From Bacteroidota bacterium (lineage in GTDB: Bacteria > Bacteroidota > Ignavibacteria > UBA10030): a stretch of DNA of 64,000 nucleotides. The position numbers were made by a program, and so were the translations under genes. The notes under the pieces were generated by a model. That model was not told the DNA's origin. It saw only the letters and a list, made by a program, of their open reading frames with translations, and did no database searches. Location: NCBI GenBank assembly GCA_021813905.1, contig JAKAJH010000009.1, positions 7,346 to 71,345 of the forward strand. Direction: 5' to 3'. The stretch's first letter is position 1, and the number at the start of each line of letters is the position of its first letter. Shown here one piece after another: positions 29,071 to 40,199 of the stretch.

Positions 29071-31262
29071 AACAGGTTGCGCAGCAGAACAGACGCGGTA
29101 CCGTGAGCGTGATGCGCGTGCCGCCTCCGGCCCTCCGGCCGGGATTCGTGCTCGTGCGGACACGGTGGTCCGTGATCAGTGCGGGGACGGAACGTGCGTC
29201 GGTCTCCTCCCGGCAGAGTTCATTGCTGGATCGCGCGCGCAAGAACCCGGATCTCGTGGCGAAGGTCCTGGAACAGATGCGTCAGTACGGCTTGTCGGCG
29301 ACGATGCGGCGTGTGCGCGGCCGGCTGGAATCATGGAGCGCGATGGGATATTCTTCCGCGGGAACCGTCGTGGCGGTGGGTGACGGCGTGGAAGGAGTGC
29401 GACCGGGTGATGCGGTGGCGTGTGCCGGTGCCGGCTATGCGAGCCATGCGGAATATGTCATTGTTCCGAAGAACCTGTGCGTCCGGATCCCCAAAGGCGT
29501 TGATCTCGCGGATGCCGCCTATGCGCCCATTGGATCCATTGCCCTGCAGGGAGTGCGTCAGGCCGGACCCACACTCGGCGAGACGGTGGTGGTCATCGGT
29601 CTCGGCCTCATCGGGCAGATTACGGTCCAGTTGCTGAAGGCCGATGGATGCCGGGTGGTGGGCGTGGATCCCGACGCCGCCGCGGTTGCGTTGGCGGGAG
29701 AATCGGGCGCCGATCTGGCGCTGCACCGGACCCGCGATGATGTGAAGAAGGTCGTTCAGACGCTGACGGAGGGCCGCGGGGCGGATGCCGTGGTGATCAC
29801 CGCCGCGACGCCCAGCGATGATCCGGTTCGGCTCGCGGGCGAACTGTGCCGTGAGCGGGGACGCGTCGTACTGGTGGGAGATGTGGGATTGCACTTGCCG
29901 CGCGGTCCCTACTACATGAAAGAGCTGGATTTCCGTTTTTCGCGCTCGTACGGTCCCGGTCGCTACGATACGACGTATGAAGAACACGGACATGACTATC
30001 CGGCCGGCTTCGTGCGATGGACGGAAAATCGGAACATGCAGGAGTTTCTGCGGCTCATCAAGTCGGGTCGCGTTGATGTCGCGCGGCTGACCACGCACCG
30101 CTTCACCGTTGACCAGGCGCCGGCGGCGTACGCGCTGCTGGCCGGGAAGAAAGGAGGCGCTCGCGAGCGCTCAGTGGGCGTCCTGCTGGAGTATCCTCCG
30201 GAGCCGTCCACGGAACTGGGATCAGACGCCGTGGTGGCTGTGAGCGCTGCTCCCGCAGCGGATGTGGCGGGTGCGATGTCGGTCGGATTTGTCGGCGCGG
30301 GGAGCTTCGCCCAGAGTTCGCTTCTTCCACCGTTGCAAGGATACAGCGGAGCACGACTGACGACCGTGTGCACGGCCAACGGCATGAGTGCCGCGAATGT
30401 CGCACGCATGTTCGGCTTCGCAAAGGCGACTGCCGATCCGGAAGAGGTGTTTCGCGCCGCAGAGATCGGCACGGTCTTCATCGCCACGCGGCATAACCTG
30501 CACGCGCCGTTCGTGCTCCGCGCGATCGAGCAGGGCAAGCATGTGTTCGTGGAAAAACCGCTCGCCCTCAACGAGTCGGAGCTGCAACAGATCGTCGCGG
30601 CGTTGAGCAAGGCGCGCAAGAAGCAGCCGGTGAAGCTGATGGTGGGATTCAATCGCCGGTTCGCCCCCCTGGTTTCGGAAATGAAGCAGTTCCTCCGTAC
30701 CGCGGTCGGACCCTCCGTCATGAACTACCGCATCAGCGCCGGTTATCTGCCGGCATCGCACTGGACTCGTGATCCCGTCGAAGGAGGAGGACGCATCGTC
30801 GGTGAGGTGTGCCATTTCGTCGATCTGATGCAGTTCCTGTGCGGATCGGCGCCCGTCTCCGTCTTCGCGACGCCGCTGGGAACCGGTGTCGAATCCCCCG
30901 CGGACGATGACTCCGTGATCGCAACGGTGCGGTTTGCCAACGGATCGATCGGCACCATCACGTATGCCGCCAACGGCGACTCGGCGGTCCCGAAAGAGTA
31001 CCTCGAAGTGTTCACCACGGGGAGAAGCGCGGTCCTCAACAACTTCCGGACACTTACGCTGTATCAGCAGGGCAGGAGCCGGACGCTGAAGAAGGCCACT
31101 ATCGACAAAGGGCACCGCGAAGAAGTCAACCGGTTCCTTTCCGCTGTGCAGAGCGGCGGAGAAGCGCCGATCCCCTTCGCGGAGATCGTCGCCGCCACAC
31201 GGGCGACCTTCCGGATGCAGGAATCGCTCCGACTTTCCGTGCCGCGAGAGGTGACGCCGTGA
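29067..31262 (+). CDS. Bi-domain oxidoreductase (MDR/Zn-ADH-like fused to Gfo/Idh/MocA)
   Basis: ISAGTE, GYSSAG.V, VIGLGLIG, SRSYGPGRYD, then GFVGAGSFA, HVFVEKP, VGFNRRF, GEVCHFVD. Confidence 0.88.
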   Translation: MKQVAQQNRRGTVSVMRVPPPALRPGFVLVRTRWSVISAGTERASVSSRQSSLLDRARKNPDLVAKVLEQMRQYGLSATMRRVRGRLESWSAMGYSSAGTVVAVGDGVEGVRPGDAVACAGAGYASHAEYVIVPKNLCVRIPKGVDLADAAYAPIGSIALQGVRQAGPTLGETVVVIGLGLIGQITVQLLKADGCRVVGVDPDAAAVALAGESGADLALHRTRDDVKKVVQTLTEGRGADAVVITAATPSDDPVRLAGELCRERGRVVLVGDVGLHLPRGPYYMKELDFRFSRSYGPGRYDTTYEEHGHDYPAGFVRWTENRNMQEFLRLIKSGRVDVARLTTHRFTVDQAPAAYALLAGKKGGARERSVGVLLEYPPEPSTELGSDAVVAVSAAPAADVAGAMSVGFVGAGSFAQSSLLPPLQGYSGARLTTVCTANGMSAANVARMFGFAKATADPEEVFRAAEIGTVFIATRHNLHAPFVLRAIEQGKHVFVEKPLALNESELQQIVAALSKARKKQPVKLMVGFNRRFAPLVSEMKQFLRTAVGPSVMNYRISAGYLPASHWTRDPVEGGGRIVGEVCHFVDLMQFLCGSAPVSVFATPLGTGVESPADDDSVIATVRFANGSIGTITYAANGDSAVPKEYLEVFTTGRSAVLNNFRTLTLYQQGRSRTLKKATIDKGHREEVNRFLSAVQSGGEAPIPFAEIVAATRATFRMQESLRLSVPREVTP

Positions 31263-31954
31263 GCGGTCGTTCGCGTCTCTTGCCGCTGCTCATCATCGGC
31301 CTCGCGATCGCATGGCTGACTCCGGAACGGCTTTCCGCGCAGGATCAGACGACGGCGGCAGATTCGCGGGTCGTGCAAATCTCTGCGGGGATGGGAATCG
31401 ACGGCGTTCGCGCAAAATCCATGACAGACTGGATGACCGAGGAAGCGAAACCGGCCGATCAGCTGGGATTATTCGCGACGGCGATCGAGTTCTTCGTGAC
31501 GCCGGAGGTTCAGGTCGGCGAAAACTGGTCGATCGGCGTGGATTACAGTTATCTGTTCAGTTCACGGACCATCGATGGCTCCACCGGACGATGGACGTTC
31601 GCGTATCAGGCGCATCTTCCCATCGCACAAGTGCATTATCTCCTGCGGGGAACGGGGTACTGGCTGAAGGCCGGAGGCGGGATCGGCTATTGGTGGGCGA
31701 ATCTGCAGGAGCAGTACGTCACGCTCGGCTCGGAGCGTGACGGTACCGCGTCGGGTCCCGGTCTGAAGCTCGACGTCGTGGCGAACACGGCGTTTGACGA
31801 TCATTTGTTCGGGTCGATCGGCGTGGAATTCCGCGCCGGGGTGCTCGGCACCTTCAAAGACCGGAATGGCTCTGCGATCCAGTCGCTCGGCAGCGACGTC
31901 AATCTCAATTTCATCTCCGCCGGGGTCAAGTTCGGGTTGATGTACCAGTTCTGA
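31259..31954 (+). CDS. Small outer-membrane beta-barrel protein
   Basis: Signal peptide, alternating amphipathic strands, C-terminal GVKFGLMYQF. Confidence 0.7.
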   Translation: MSGRSRLLPLLIIGLAIAWLTPERLSAQDQTTAADSRVVQISAGMGIDGVRAKSMTDWMTEEAKPADQLGLFATAIEFFVTPEVQVGENWSIGVDYSYLFSSRTIDGSTGRWTFAYQAHLPIAQVHYLLRGTGYWLKAGGGIGYWWANLQEQYVTLGSERDGTASGPGLKLDVVANTAFDDHLFGSIGVEFRAGVLGTFKDRNGSAIQSLGSDVNLNFISAGVKFGLMYQF

Positions 31955-31988
31955 CCGATGTGCGTGAAGTTCTCAAGGACAACGACGC

Positions 31989-32798
31989 GTGACGATACTC
32001 GATGCGGTGTGGCTTTCGATTCTGCAGGGATTCACGGAATTTCTTCCCGTCAGCAGTTCGGGACATCTCGTGCTGTTGCAGCAGCTTCTGGGAACGGCCG
32101 GTCCCGGCATGGTTTTCTTCGATGTCGCGCTGCATGTCGGGACGCTGATCAGTCTGCTGGTGGTCTTCTGGAAGGATGTGGTGGGGATGATCCGCAGCCT
32201 CGCGCGAGCGATCGTGCGCGGCCATGTGGTGACTTCGTATCGGACTGATGAGGCGGTGCGAACGGCGATCATGGTGATTGTGGCCTCCGTGCCGGCCGGC
32301 GTCGTCGGTTTCGTCTATCAGAAACAGATCGAGGAAGCGTTCACCGACCCGAAACTGGTCGCGGTCAATCTGGTGATCACCGGCCTGGTGCTCTTTTTGA
32401 CGCGTCTGGCGAAGCCGGTCGTGGGAAAAGAGGTCGGTTTCTGGACGGCGCTGCTGATCGGCGTGGGGCAGGCGTTCGCGATCCTGCCGGGAATTTCACG
32501 GTCGGGTACCACCATCAGCGCCGGCATGTATGCAAAGTTGACGCCGGACCGTGCGGCGCGGTTCTCGTTCCTGATGGCCATGCCGGTCATCGCGGGTGCG
32601 GGCCTGCTGGAGTTCAGGCACATGGCGGGAGCCTCCGATCCGATCCCGCTGATCCCCACGCTGATCGGGACGACCGTGTCGGCGGTGGTCGGCTATTTCG
32701 CCATCAAGCTGCTGCTCGGGATCGTACACCGCGGAAAGTTCAGTCTGTTCGCGTTCTACTGCCTGCTGCTCGGGACGACGGGCATCCTGTTTATCTGA
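31989..32798 (+). CDS. uppP: Undecaprenyl-diphosphate phosphatase (BacA)
   Basis: QGFTEFLPVSSSGH, LHVGT, PGISRSGTT, ARFSFL. Confidence 0.96.
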   Translation: MTILDAVWLSILQGFTEFLPVSSSGHLVLLQQLLGTAGPGMVFFDVALHVGTLISLLVVFWKDVVGMIRSLARAIVRGHVVTSYRTDEAVRTAIMVIVASVPAGVVGFVYQKQIEEAFTDPKLVAVNLVITGLVLFLTRLAKPVVGKEVGFWTALLIGVGQAFAILPGISRSGTTISAGMYAKLTPDRAARFSFLMAMPVIAGAGLLEFRHMAGASDPIPLIPTLIGTTVSAVVGYFAIKLLLGIVHRGKFSLFAFYCLLLGTTGILFI

Positions 32799-32811
32799 TC
32801 GAAGGGACGAC

Positions 32812-33390
32812 ATGAGACGGTTCACGATGTGGTTGCTGACGGGCGCGATGCTGATCGTGTCCGGGGTCAATTGCCAGAACACGAGGAGAGACACAGTGCA
32901 CGTTCAGATCGAAACCACCAAAGGTACGTTCGAAGTCGAGCTGTACCCGGATGATGCCCCAAAGACTGTCGCGAATTTTGTCGGCCTCGCCGAGGAAGGA
33001 TACTACAACGGTGTACTCTTCCACCGGATCGCGAAGAACTTCGTCCTGCAGGGCGGGGATTCCACCGGGACCGGTGCGGGCGGACGCAGCATCTACGGCG
33101 GTGATTTCGCCGACGAACTCAATCCCAAGGCGCCGTCGTACCAGACCGGCTATGTGCGGGGAACGCTGGCGATGGCGAATCGCGGTCCGAACACGAACAC
33201 CAGCCAGTTCTTCATCGTCCTCAACGATGCGCAATACCTCCCGAAACATTACACGATCTTCGGCAAGGTCGTGAAGGCGATGGATGTGGTGGATTCGCTG
33301 GCCGCCGTGCCGATCACTCCGATGATGGGGCCGATGGACGGCACGCCGAAGGAAAAGATCAAGATGATCAAGCTCACGGTGATCAAGTAG
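32812..33390 (+). CDS. Cyclophilin-type peptidyl-prolyl isomerase (exported)
   Basis: APKTVANF, FHRI..NFVLQGGD, LAMANRGPNTNTSQFFI, YTIFGKV. Confidence 0.93.
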   Translation: MRRFTMWLLTGAMLIVSGVNCQNTRRDTVHVQIETTKGTFEVELYPDDAPKTVANFVGLAEEGYYNGVLFHRIAKNFVLQGGDSTGTGAGGRSIYGGDFADELNPKAPSYQTGYVRGTLAMANRGPNTNTSQFFIVLNDAQYLPKHYTIFGKVVKAMDVVDSLAAVPITPMMGPMDGTPKEKIKMIKLTVIK

Positions 33391-33401
33391 TCACCGTCCG
33401 C

Positions 33402-34436
33402 ATGGACGATCTTCCCTACACGTCGTTCCTGGAGCACGTCCGGAAGAAGAAGATCCCGCCCGTCGTCCTTATTCACGGAGAGGAGGATCTTCTCCGCGAT
33501 GAGTGTGTCGATGCGATCGTGGACGCGCTCCTTGATAAGGCGGCGCGGAGCTTCAATCTCGATATCCTCGACGGCGCCCGAACGGAGATCCGCGATGTGC
33601 TTTCGATCGCCGCGTCCTACCCGATGGGCACTGAGCGCCGCGTGGTCGTCGTGCGCGACGCGGAGAAGCTGCTTGCGGATCGCGGGGCGGCGGAACGGCT
33701 CGACGCCTATCTGCAGCATCCGTCCGAATCAACCTGCCTCATCCTTACCGCAGAGAAGGCGGACGGCCGCCAGAAGTTCATCAAATCCCTCCGCGAGACG
33801 AATGCCGCAGTGCTCGTTCCGCGCCTGTACGAGAATCAGATCCCGGAATGGATCGCCGCACGCATCCGCGCGTACGGCCGAACGATGGAAGACGATGCGT
33901 GCCGTCTGCTGCAGGCATACGTCGGCAGCTCGCTGCGGGTGGTGGACCAGGAGATCCGTAAACTGCTGCTGTTCGTAGGGGATCGCAAAGAGATTGTGCT
34001 GGAAGATGTCGCCGCCGTGGCGGGCGCCTCGCGCGGCTACACGATCTTCGATCTGCAGGGTGCCGTCGGCCGGCGGAATCTTCCGGAAGCGCTCCGCATC
34101 CTCGCGCGCATGCTGGAGATGGGCGAATATCCCTTGTTGATCGTGACGATGCTGGCGCGCTTCTTCGTCTCACTCTGGAAGGTGCATGAACTCAAGCGTG
34201 CCCGGGCGAGCGAGCAGCAGATTGCATCCGAGCTGCGGATGAAGCCGTTCTTCGTGAAACAGACAATCCGGTTTGCGGCGGAGTTTACACCGGCGGAGAT
34301 CGAGCGCGCGCTTGCCGCGTTGTACGAAGCGGACCTCCAGCTGAAATCGTCGGCCGTCGACCCGCGCGTGGGCCTCGATGTGCTCATCTACACCATCACC
34401 TCCACGGGTGCGGCAGTGCCGGTGCCGCAGCACTGA
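33402..34436 (+). CDS. holA: DNA polymerase III delta subunit
   Basis: LIHGEE, FNLDILDG, YPMGTERRVVVV, QEIRKL, IFDL, ADLQLKS. Confidence 0.9.
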   Translation: MDDLPYTSFLEHVRKKKIPPVVLIHGEEDLLRDECVDAIVDALLDKAARSFNLDILDGARTEIRDVLSIAASYPMGTERRVVVVRDAEKLLADRGAAERLDAYLQHPSESTCLILTAEKADGRQKFIKSLRETNAAVLVPRLYENQIPEWIAARIRAYGRTMEDDACRLLQAYVGSSLRVVDQEIRKLLLFVGDRKEIVLEDVAAVAGASRGYTIFDLQGAVGRRNLPEALRILARMLEMGEYPLLIVTMLARFFVSLWKVHELKRARASEQQIASELRMKPFFVKQTIRFAAEFTPAEIERALAALYEADLQLKSSAVDPRVGLDVLIYTITSTGAAVPVPQH

Positions 34437-34447
34437 TCGCCGACCAC

Positions 34448-35947
34448 ATGCCCGTCGCCGAGCTCCTGCATCGACTGTTGCTGACACCGGCCGCGTGGGA
34501 ATGGGGCCGCTTTGCGTTGATTCTGACGGGACTGGGAACGGTCGTCGGGATCGGTGAGTTCATTCGGCGGAAGCTCGGCTGGAAGGCGGAGGTCACGCGC
34601 AAGTTCGTGCACGTCAGCGTCGGGCTTCTGATCTTCTTCGCACCGTCGCTCTTCGAGGTGGCGTTCCTTCCGATGCTCCTCGCCGGTACGTTCATTCTGG
34701 TCGACCTTGTCGCGGTGCGCAAGGGACTCCTCGTGGGCATGCACGGAACGGCGCGGTATTCCTACGGGACCGTGTACTATCCGTTCTCTTTCCTTGTTCT
34801 GATCATCTTCTTTTGGTACGACGCTCCCGAGATTGTCTCGCTTGGCATGGCGAGTCTTGCGCTGGGTGATGCTGCCGCCGCCATTGTCGGCGAATCGCTC
34901 CATGCGCCGCACGAGTACCATCTGACGCGAGACAAGAAGTCGCTGGAAGGAAGCGCGGCGATGTTCGTCGTCACCGCCGTGACGCTTGCCGGCGCGATGG
35001 CGCTATTGGGCTTGCCGCCGCGTCTCGGGTGGCCGTCGGTTCTGACGGCGTCGCTGGCGGCGTCCGTGGTGGCGACGGCCTGGGAGGCGATCTCTTCCAA
35101 AGGGCTCGATAATTTCACAGTGCCGCTTTCGGTTGCGTGGGCGCTGTCGTTCTTCCTTCTGCCCGGTGGTGATGCAGTGCAACTGGAATGGGGGATCGTG
35201 CTGGCGATTCTCATCAGCATCGCGTCGTGGCGGCTCAAATTTCTGACGCCGAGCGGCGCGGTCGCGACATTTCTTCTCGCATCGGCCATGTTCAGCGTCG
35301 GCGGTTGGAAGTGGACGGTGCCGATCCTGACGTTCTTTGTGCTGTCGAGCCTCCTTTCGGTGATGGGGAAAGAGCGCAAACGGTCGTTCGAGGCGATCTT
35401 CGAGAAAGGCGGTACGCGAGACCATCTGCAGGTGGCCGCCAACGGCGGGATTCCGGGAGTTCTGGTGCTGCTCCATTACCTGCTGCCTTCGATGGATCTG
35501 TATCCCCTCTATGTCGGTGCGTTGGCGGCAGCGACCGCCGACACGTGGGGAACAGAAATCGGGACATTCGTTCGCGGTCGGACAATCGTTCTGCCGGCCT
35601 TCCGTCCGGTGCCGCCGGGTACGAACGGCGGGATCTCGGGGGCCGGATTCCTGGGCGGTCTTGCGGGTGCGATGGTCATTGCGCTGAGTGCGAGCGGATG
35701 GCCGGGAGATCCGTTCCCGACAGGCGCGGTGGCGGCAGCGGGCGTCATCGGCGCTTTGGCGGACAGCATGCTTGGTTCGTCGATTCAGGCGCGGTTCGAA
35801 TGCGTCGTATGCGGCAAATCGACGGAGCGGGCCGTCCATTGTGAGCGGGAAAGCCGGCAAATCGGGGGTATCGGCTGGATACGGAATGATGCGGTGAACG
35901 CTTTTTGCACGTTGACCGGCGCGATCGCCGTGCTGATCATACGGTAG
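34448..35947 (+). CDS. Fusion of CTP-dependent phytol/dolichol-kinase domain and DUF92 domain
   Basis: N-half TRKFVH, GDAAAAIVG, KKSLEGS, KGLDN; C-half RDHLQVAANGG, ATADTWGTEIG, PGTNGGIS, DSMLG, CxxC..HC, NDAVN. Confidence 0.85.
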   Translation: MPVAELLHRLLLTPAAWEWGRFALILTGLGTVVGIGEFIRRKLGWKAEVTRKFVHVSVGLLIFFAPSLFEVAFLPMLLAGTFILVDLVAVRKGLLVGMHGTARYSYGTVYYPFSFLVLIIFFWYDAPEIVSLGMASLALGDAAAAIVGESLHAPHEYHLTRDKKSLEGSAAMFVVTAVTLAGAMALLGLPPRLGWPSVLTASLAASVVATAWEAISSKGLDNFTVPLSVAWALSFFLLPGGDAVQLEWGIVLAILISIASWRLKFLTPSGAVATFLLASAMFSVGGWKWTVPILTFFVLSSLLSVMGKERKRSFEAIFEKGGTRDHLQVAANGGIPGVLVLLHYLLPSMDLYPLYVGALAAATADTWGTEIGTFVRGRTIVLPAFRPVPPGTNGGISGAGFLGGLAGAMVIALSASGWPGDPFPTGAVAAAGVIGALADSMLGSSIQARFECVVCGKSTERAVHCERESRQIGGIGWIRNDAVNAFCTLTGAIAVLIIR

Positions 35948-35997
35948 AGCAGTGAACGATACGGGCTCCGGGTCCGTCCCGGCAGGAGGAACGAGCG

Positions 35998-37545
35998 ATG
36001 AGCACAGACCGGATACGCCATCTGCGTCAGCAGCGTGAGAAGGCCCTGGAGGGGGGCGGCAGCGCGAAGCTCGCAGACGTGCACAAGCGCGGGAAGTTGT
36101 CGGCGCGTGAACGCATCGCGCTGCTGTTGGACGAGGGGAGCTTCGAGGAGATCGGCATGCTTGTCCGGCATCGCTCCCGCGATTTCGGACTCGAGAAGCA
36201 GCACTATCCGGGAGACGGGGTCGTCACCGGCCGCGGCACGATCAACGGCCGGGCGGTCGTGGTGTACAGTCAGGACTTCACCGTGTTCGGCGGGTCATTG
36301 TCCGAAACGCATGCGGAGAAGATCTGTGCGATCATGGACCATGCATTGAAGAACGGCGTGCCGATCATCGGCCTCAACGATTCCGGCGGGGCCCGGATTC
36401 AGGAAGGCGTGGTGTCGCTCGGCGGTTATGCCGACATTTTTCTGCGGAACACGCTGGCGTCCGGTGTCGTGCCGCAGATCTCGGCCGTCATGGGCCCGTG
36501 TGCGGGCGGGGCGGTCTATTCACCGGCCATCACGGATTTTGTGTTCATGGTGAAGGATACGAGCTACATGTTCGTCACCGGACCGAACGTGGTCAAGACG
36601 GTGACGCACGAGGACGTCTCGTTCGAGGATCTTGGCGGAGCGCTGACGCATGCCACCAAGAGCGGCGTGGCCCATTTTGCCATGGAGAACGAGGTCGCCT
36701 GCATCGACGGCATCAAGCGTCTGCTGTCGTTCATTCCCTCCAATAACGCCGACGATCCGCCGCTGATCGAATCGGACGATGATGCCGGACGGGTGGACGC
36801 GGATCTCGATACGCTTATCCCCGAGAATCCCAACCGTCCGTATGACATGAAGGAAGTGATCCGACGTCTGGTGGATCACGGGGATTTCTTTGAGGTCCAT
36901 GAGCTGTACGCGCCGAATCTCATCGTCGGATTCGCCCGTCTCGGCGGCGCGCCGGTGGGGATTGTGGCGAACCAGCCATCGGTCCTGGCGGGCGTGTTGG
37001 ACATTGACTCGTCGGTGAAGGGCGCGCGCTTCGTGCGCTTCTGCGACGCGTTCAATATTCCGCTGCTCGTCCTGGAAGATGTCCCGGGATTCCTCCCGGG
37101 TACCGATCAGGAGTGGCGGGGCATCATCAAGCATGGTGCGAAGCTGCTGTACGCGCTGTGTGAGGCAACAGTGCCGAAGATCACCGTCATCACGCGCAAA
37201 GCATACGGCGGAGCGTACTGCGTGATGAATTCGAAGCACATTCGCGGCGACGTGAACTACGCGTGGCCGTCCGCCGAGATCGCCGTCATGGGACCGAAGG
37301 GTGCGGTCGAGATCATCTTCCGGAAAGAGATCGCGCAATCCGGCGATCCGGAGGGAGCGCTGCGCGAACGCGAAGCGGAATACGGCGCCAAGTTCGCGAA
37401 TCCCTACATCGCGGCCGAGCGCGGCTTCGTCGATGAAGTGATCATTCCGCACGAAACCCGACCCAAGCTCATCCGCGCGCTGCGATTTCTCCGGAACAAA
37501 GTCGACACCAATCCGAAAAAGAAGCACGGCAACATCCCGCTTTGA
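35998..37545 (+). CDS. pccB: Acyl-CoA carboxylase carboxyltransferase beta subunit (PccB/MmdA-like)
   Basis: [61 protein letters not shown]. Confidence 0.92.
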   Translation: MSTDRIRHLRQQREKALEGGGSAKLADVHKRGKLSARERIALLLDEGSFEEIGMLVRHRSRDFGLEKQHYPGDGVVTGRGTINGRAVVVYSQDFTVFGGSLSETHAEKICAIMDHALKNGVPIIGLNDSGGARIQEGVVSLGGYADIFLRNTLASGVVPQISAVMGPCAGGAVYSPAITDFVFMVKDTSYMFVTGPNVVKTVTHEDVSFEDLGGALTHATKSGVAHFAMENEVACIDGIKRLLSFIPSNNADDPPLIESDDDAGRVDADLDTLIPENPNRPYDMKEVIRRLVDHGDFFEVHELYAPNLIVGFARLGGAPVGIVANQPSVLAGVLDIDSSVKGARFVRFCDAFNIPLLVLEDVPGFLPGTDQEWRGIIKHGAKLLYALCEATVPKITVITRKAYGGAYCVMNSKHIRGDVNYAWPSAEIAVMGPKGAVEIIFRKEIAQSGDPEGALREREAEYGAKFANPYIAAERGFVDEVIIPHETRPKLIRALRFLRNKVDTNPKKKHGNIPL

Positions 37546-37555
37546 CGCGGGGAAC

Positions 37556-37584
37556 TTGCATCCCGACCGGAATGGCCGTATCTT
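37556..37584 (+). promoter_or_regulatory. Putative sigma70-type promoter
   Basis: TTGCAT-17 bp-TATCTT; the same hexamers and spacing recur at 40114-40142. Confidence 0.6.
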
Positions 37585-37626
37585 GAGTTTAGAAGAATTA
37601 TTTGCCACTCCCGGAAATTCGTGAGG

Positions 37627-39993
37627 ATGATGCGGTATCTTCTTGGGTCAATTCTCGTTGTTCTGCTGACAGGTTGTAATTCCCACCAGTCTCTCCGTTC
37701 CGAGACCGATCCGGGTTCATCACCCCCCAGCCGTCCGGTGGCGGTGCATGCCGCGCATCCGGCTGATCCATCGGCGTCCGCGCCGCAGCGGTCCATTGCG
37801 GCCACGGCTGCGTCATCCGAGACCACCTTCGTGTCGATTGATACCGCGGGATTCAAACCCCGGAGCGGGCTTGTGCAGTCCGTCGCACCTTCTCCCGACG
37901 ATTCAGACTATGTTGCCGTTCGTCTTGAGGATGTCCGTCAGCACTATCTGCTGGCGTTGGCTTCGCAGGAGGCAGGCGACACCGTCTCGGCGGAGCAGGA
38001 ATTCGATGTGGCGCTGCAGGAACTCAGCGATCTCGGTGACCTCGACGGAGCGGATTCGACAAGAGATTTCCTCGAACTCAGCAAGAGTATCGTCGAGGAT
38101 TATCAACGATATATCGCGGAGATCGACAGCCTGAGTCCATATGCATCGTTGGCGGCGTTGCAGGAGAAGCTGAATCAAGCGGTGGATGAGGGGGATACGA
38201 CGGGGTTGGTTGTCCCGCACGATGTGATCACGGGAACAGGCGTGCCGCTGCCATTCAATGAATACGTGGAGCGGGCGCTCGCCTTCTTCATGGGCCGCGG
38301 TCGGCCGTTCATGGAGCGATGGCTGTATCTGTCCGGACGCTATTTTCCGATGATGAAACGCATCTTCCATGAGGAGGGCGTTCCGCCGGAGCTTGTAATC
38401 CTCTCCATGCCGGAAAGCGGCCTGCGGAACGATGCCCGCTCCTGGGCGCGTGCGGTCGGACTTTGGCAGTTTATGAAAGGAACCGGCTCCTTGTACGGAC
38501 TGCGCGTCAACTGGTGGTACGACGAACGGCGGGATTTTGAGAAAGCGACCCGCGCGGCGGCCCGGCATCTGAAGGATCTGTATCAGGAATTGGGAGACTG
38601 GAATCTGGTTCTCGGTGCGTACAATGCCGGTCCCGGTCGCATCTTCCGGGCGATCCGACGGAGCGGCTCCACGGACTTCTGGGAAATGCGGAAATACCTG
38701 CCGCGGCAGACGCGCAACTACGTGCCCCAGTTCATCGCCGTTGCCCGCATCGTGCTGAATCCGCGTGAGCATGGATTCACCGACTACGCGCTGGCCGATT
38801 CGCTGGTGTACGATGTCGTCGAGATCAACGATTGCGTCGATCTCCGGATCCTTGCCCGATGCGCCGGCACGACCGTCGACAGCCTGCAGGATCTGAATCC
38901 GGAACTTCTTCGCTGGTGCACGCCGCCGGGCGTGACAGGCTATCGCTTGCGCATTCCGCCGGGCACGCGTGACTCATTTGCTGTGCGGTACGCCCAGGTG
39001 CCCCCGCAGCAGCGCAAGGATTGGGCGATCCATGCCGTGCGTCGGGGCGAGACGCTTTCGTCGATCGCACGTCGGTATGACGTCAGTACATCCCTTCTGA
39101 TGGATCTCAATAATATCCGCAGTGCACGGCGATTGTCCATCGGTGCCACGCTGGCGATTCCTATTCCGCGGGACGCCGCTGGAAACGGCGAAAAGGTGCC
39201 ATTCGACTATTCACGCTCCGCGCGACATGTCGATTTCGGCGCGGTGCGCGCCTATGTTGCGAAGCGGGACGAACGCCGGGAGCGATCGGAGGCCTCACGG
39301 AAGGCCGCGAAGCCGCCGAAGGATAAGGAACGTCTCGTATACCACGTGAAGCGCGGTGACACGATCGGACATATTGCCGAGTGGTACGGCGTCCGCGCGA
39401 GCGACATCCGAAACTGGAATGATATCGCGTACGGGAGGTACATCTACGCCGGGCAGGCGCTGACGGTGTGGGTGGACGAATCGGTGGCGTCACGTCTTCG
39501 CGGTGTGGACAAGATGTCGTTCACGAACAAGCAGGAGCTCGGAAACAAAGAGGTGGTGGAAGCGGCCGCTCCCGGTCCGGTGAAGCACGGCAGTCGTGCG
39601 TTTTCGAACGAATGGCTCCAGCACGAAGTGAAACCGGGCGAATCGCTCGATCGGATCGCAAAGATGTATGATGTGAGCGTTGCCGATCTGAAGCGCTGGA
39701 ACAACCTCCGGAGCTCGCGGATCAACGCCGGTCAGTCGCTGGACATCTACGATACGCCGGAAGAACGGGTAAAGGTCGTTCCACAGCATTCCGGCAGATT
39801 GGGGGAGCAGCATCCGGCGCCCGTCGCAAAGCGGAGCGGGATGTTCGCGCGCACGCACAAGGTGAAACGTGGTGAAACTCTGTATGATATCGCACGTCGG
39901 TATGGCATTGAAATGAAACAGCTTAAGTCGCACAACGGATTGCGCGGCAACAAGATCGTCGTCGGACAGATCCTGCGGATCCCGACGCCGTGA
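37627..39993 (+). CDS. mltD: Membrane-bound lytic transglycosylase with four LysM domains (MltD-like lipoprotein)
   Basis: Lipobox LLTGC; SLT motifs [23 protein letters not shown]; four HxVKxG[ED]TL-type LysM repeats. Start could be 37621, 37627 or 37630. Confidence 0.9.
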   Translation: MMRYLLGSILVVLLTGCNSHQSLRSETDPGSSPPSRPVAVHAAHPADPSASAPQRSIAATAASSETTFVSIDTAGFKPRSGLVQSVAPSPDDSDYVAVRLEDVRQHYLLALASQEAGDTVSAEQEFDVALQELSDLGDLDGADSTRDFLELSKSIVEDYQRYIAEIDSLSPYASLAALQEKLNQAVDEGDTTGLVVPHDVITGTGVPLPFNEYVERALAFFMGRGRPFMERWLYLSGRYFPMMKRIFHEEGVPPELVILSMPESGLRNDARSWARAVGLWQFMKGTGSLYGLRVNWWYDERRDFEKATRAAARHLKDLYQELGDWNLVLGAYNAGPGRIFRAIRRSGSTDFWEMRKYLPRQTRNYVPQFIAVARIVLNPREHGFTDYALADSLVYDVVEINDCVDLRILARCAGTTVDSLQDLNPELLRWCTPPGVTGYRLRIPPGTRDSFAVRYAQVPPQQRKDWAIHAVRRGETLSSIARRYDVSTSLLMDLNNIRSARRLSIGATLAIPIPRDAAGNGEKVPFDYSRSARHVDFGAVRAYVAKRDERRERSEASRKAAKPPKDKERLVYHVKRGDTIGHIAEWYGVRASDIRNWNDIAYGRYIYAGQALTVWVDESVASRLRGVDKMSFTNKQELGNKEVVEAAAPGPVKHGSRAFSNEWLQHEVKPGESLDRIAKMYDVSVADLKRWNNLRSSRINAGQSLDIYDTPEERVKVVPQHSGRLGEQHPAPVAKRSGMFARTHKVKRGETLYDIARRYGIEMKQLKSHNGLRGNKIVVGQILRIPTP

Positions 39994-40113
39994 GGAGTTG
40001 ACGGGAACGGGAGCCATCCTGTCTTGCGGCGGCTTGATCGGGTGCGCGACGTTCGCGCGTTGATGGTGGGGGAGGGGGGCGAAGAAAAATCTTCGCGTTA
40101 ACAATTTGGTCAT

Positions 40114-40142
40114 TTGCATTTCTGGGTACTAGGCTCTATCTT
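40114..40142 (+). promoter_or_regulatory. Putative sigma70-type promoter of the six-gene surface operon
   Basis: TTGCAT-17 bp-TATCTT, 57 nt upstream of ATG 40200. Confidence 0.6.
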
Positions 40143-40199
40143 GGAATCCACGATGGCAGTTGATACAACCTCTTTCGTTCACCGAACGTACTTCGCCTG

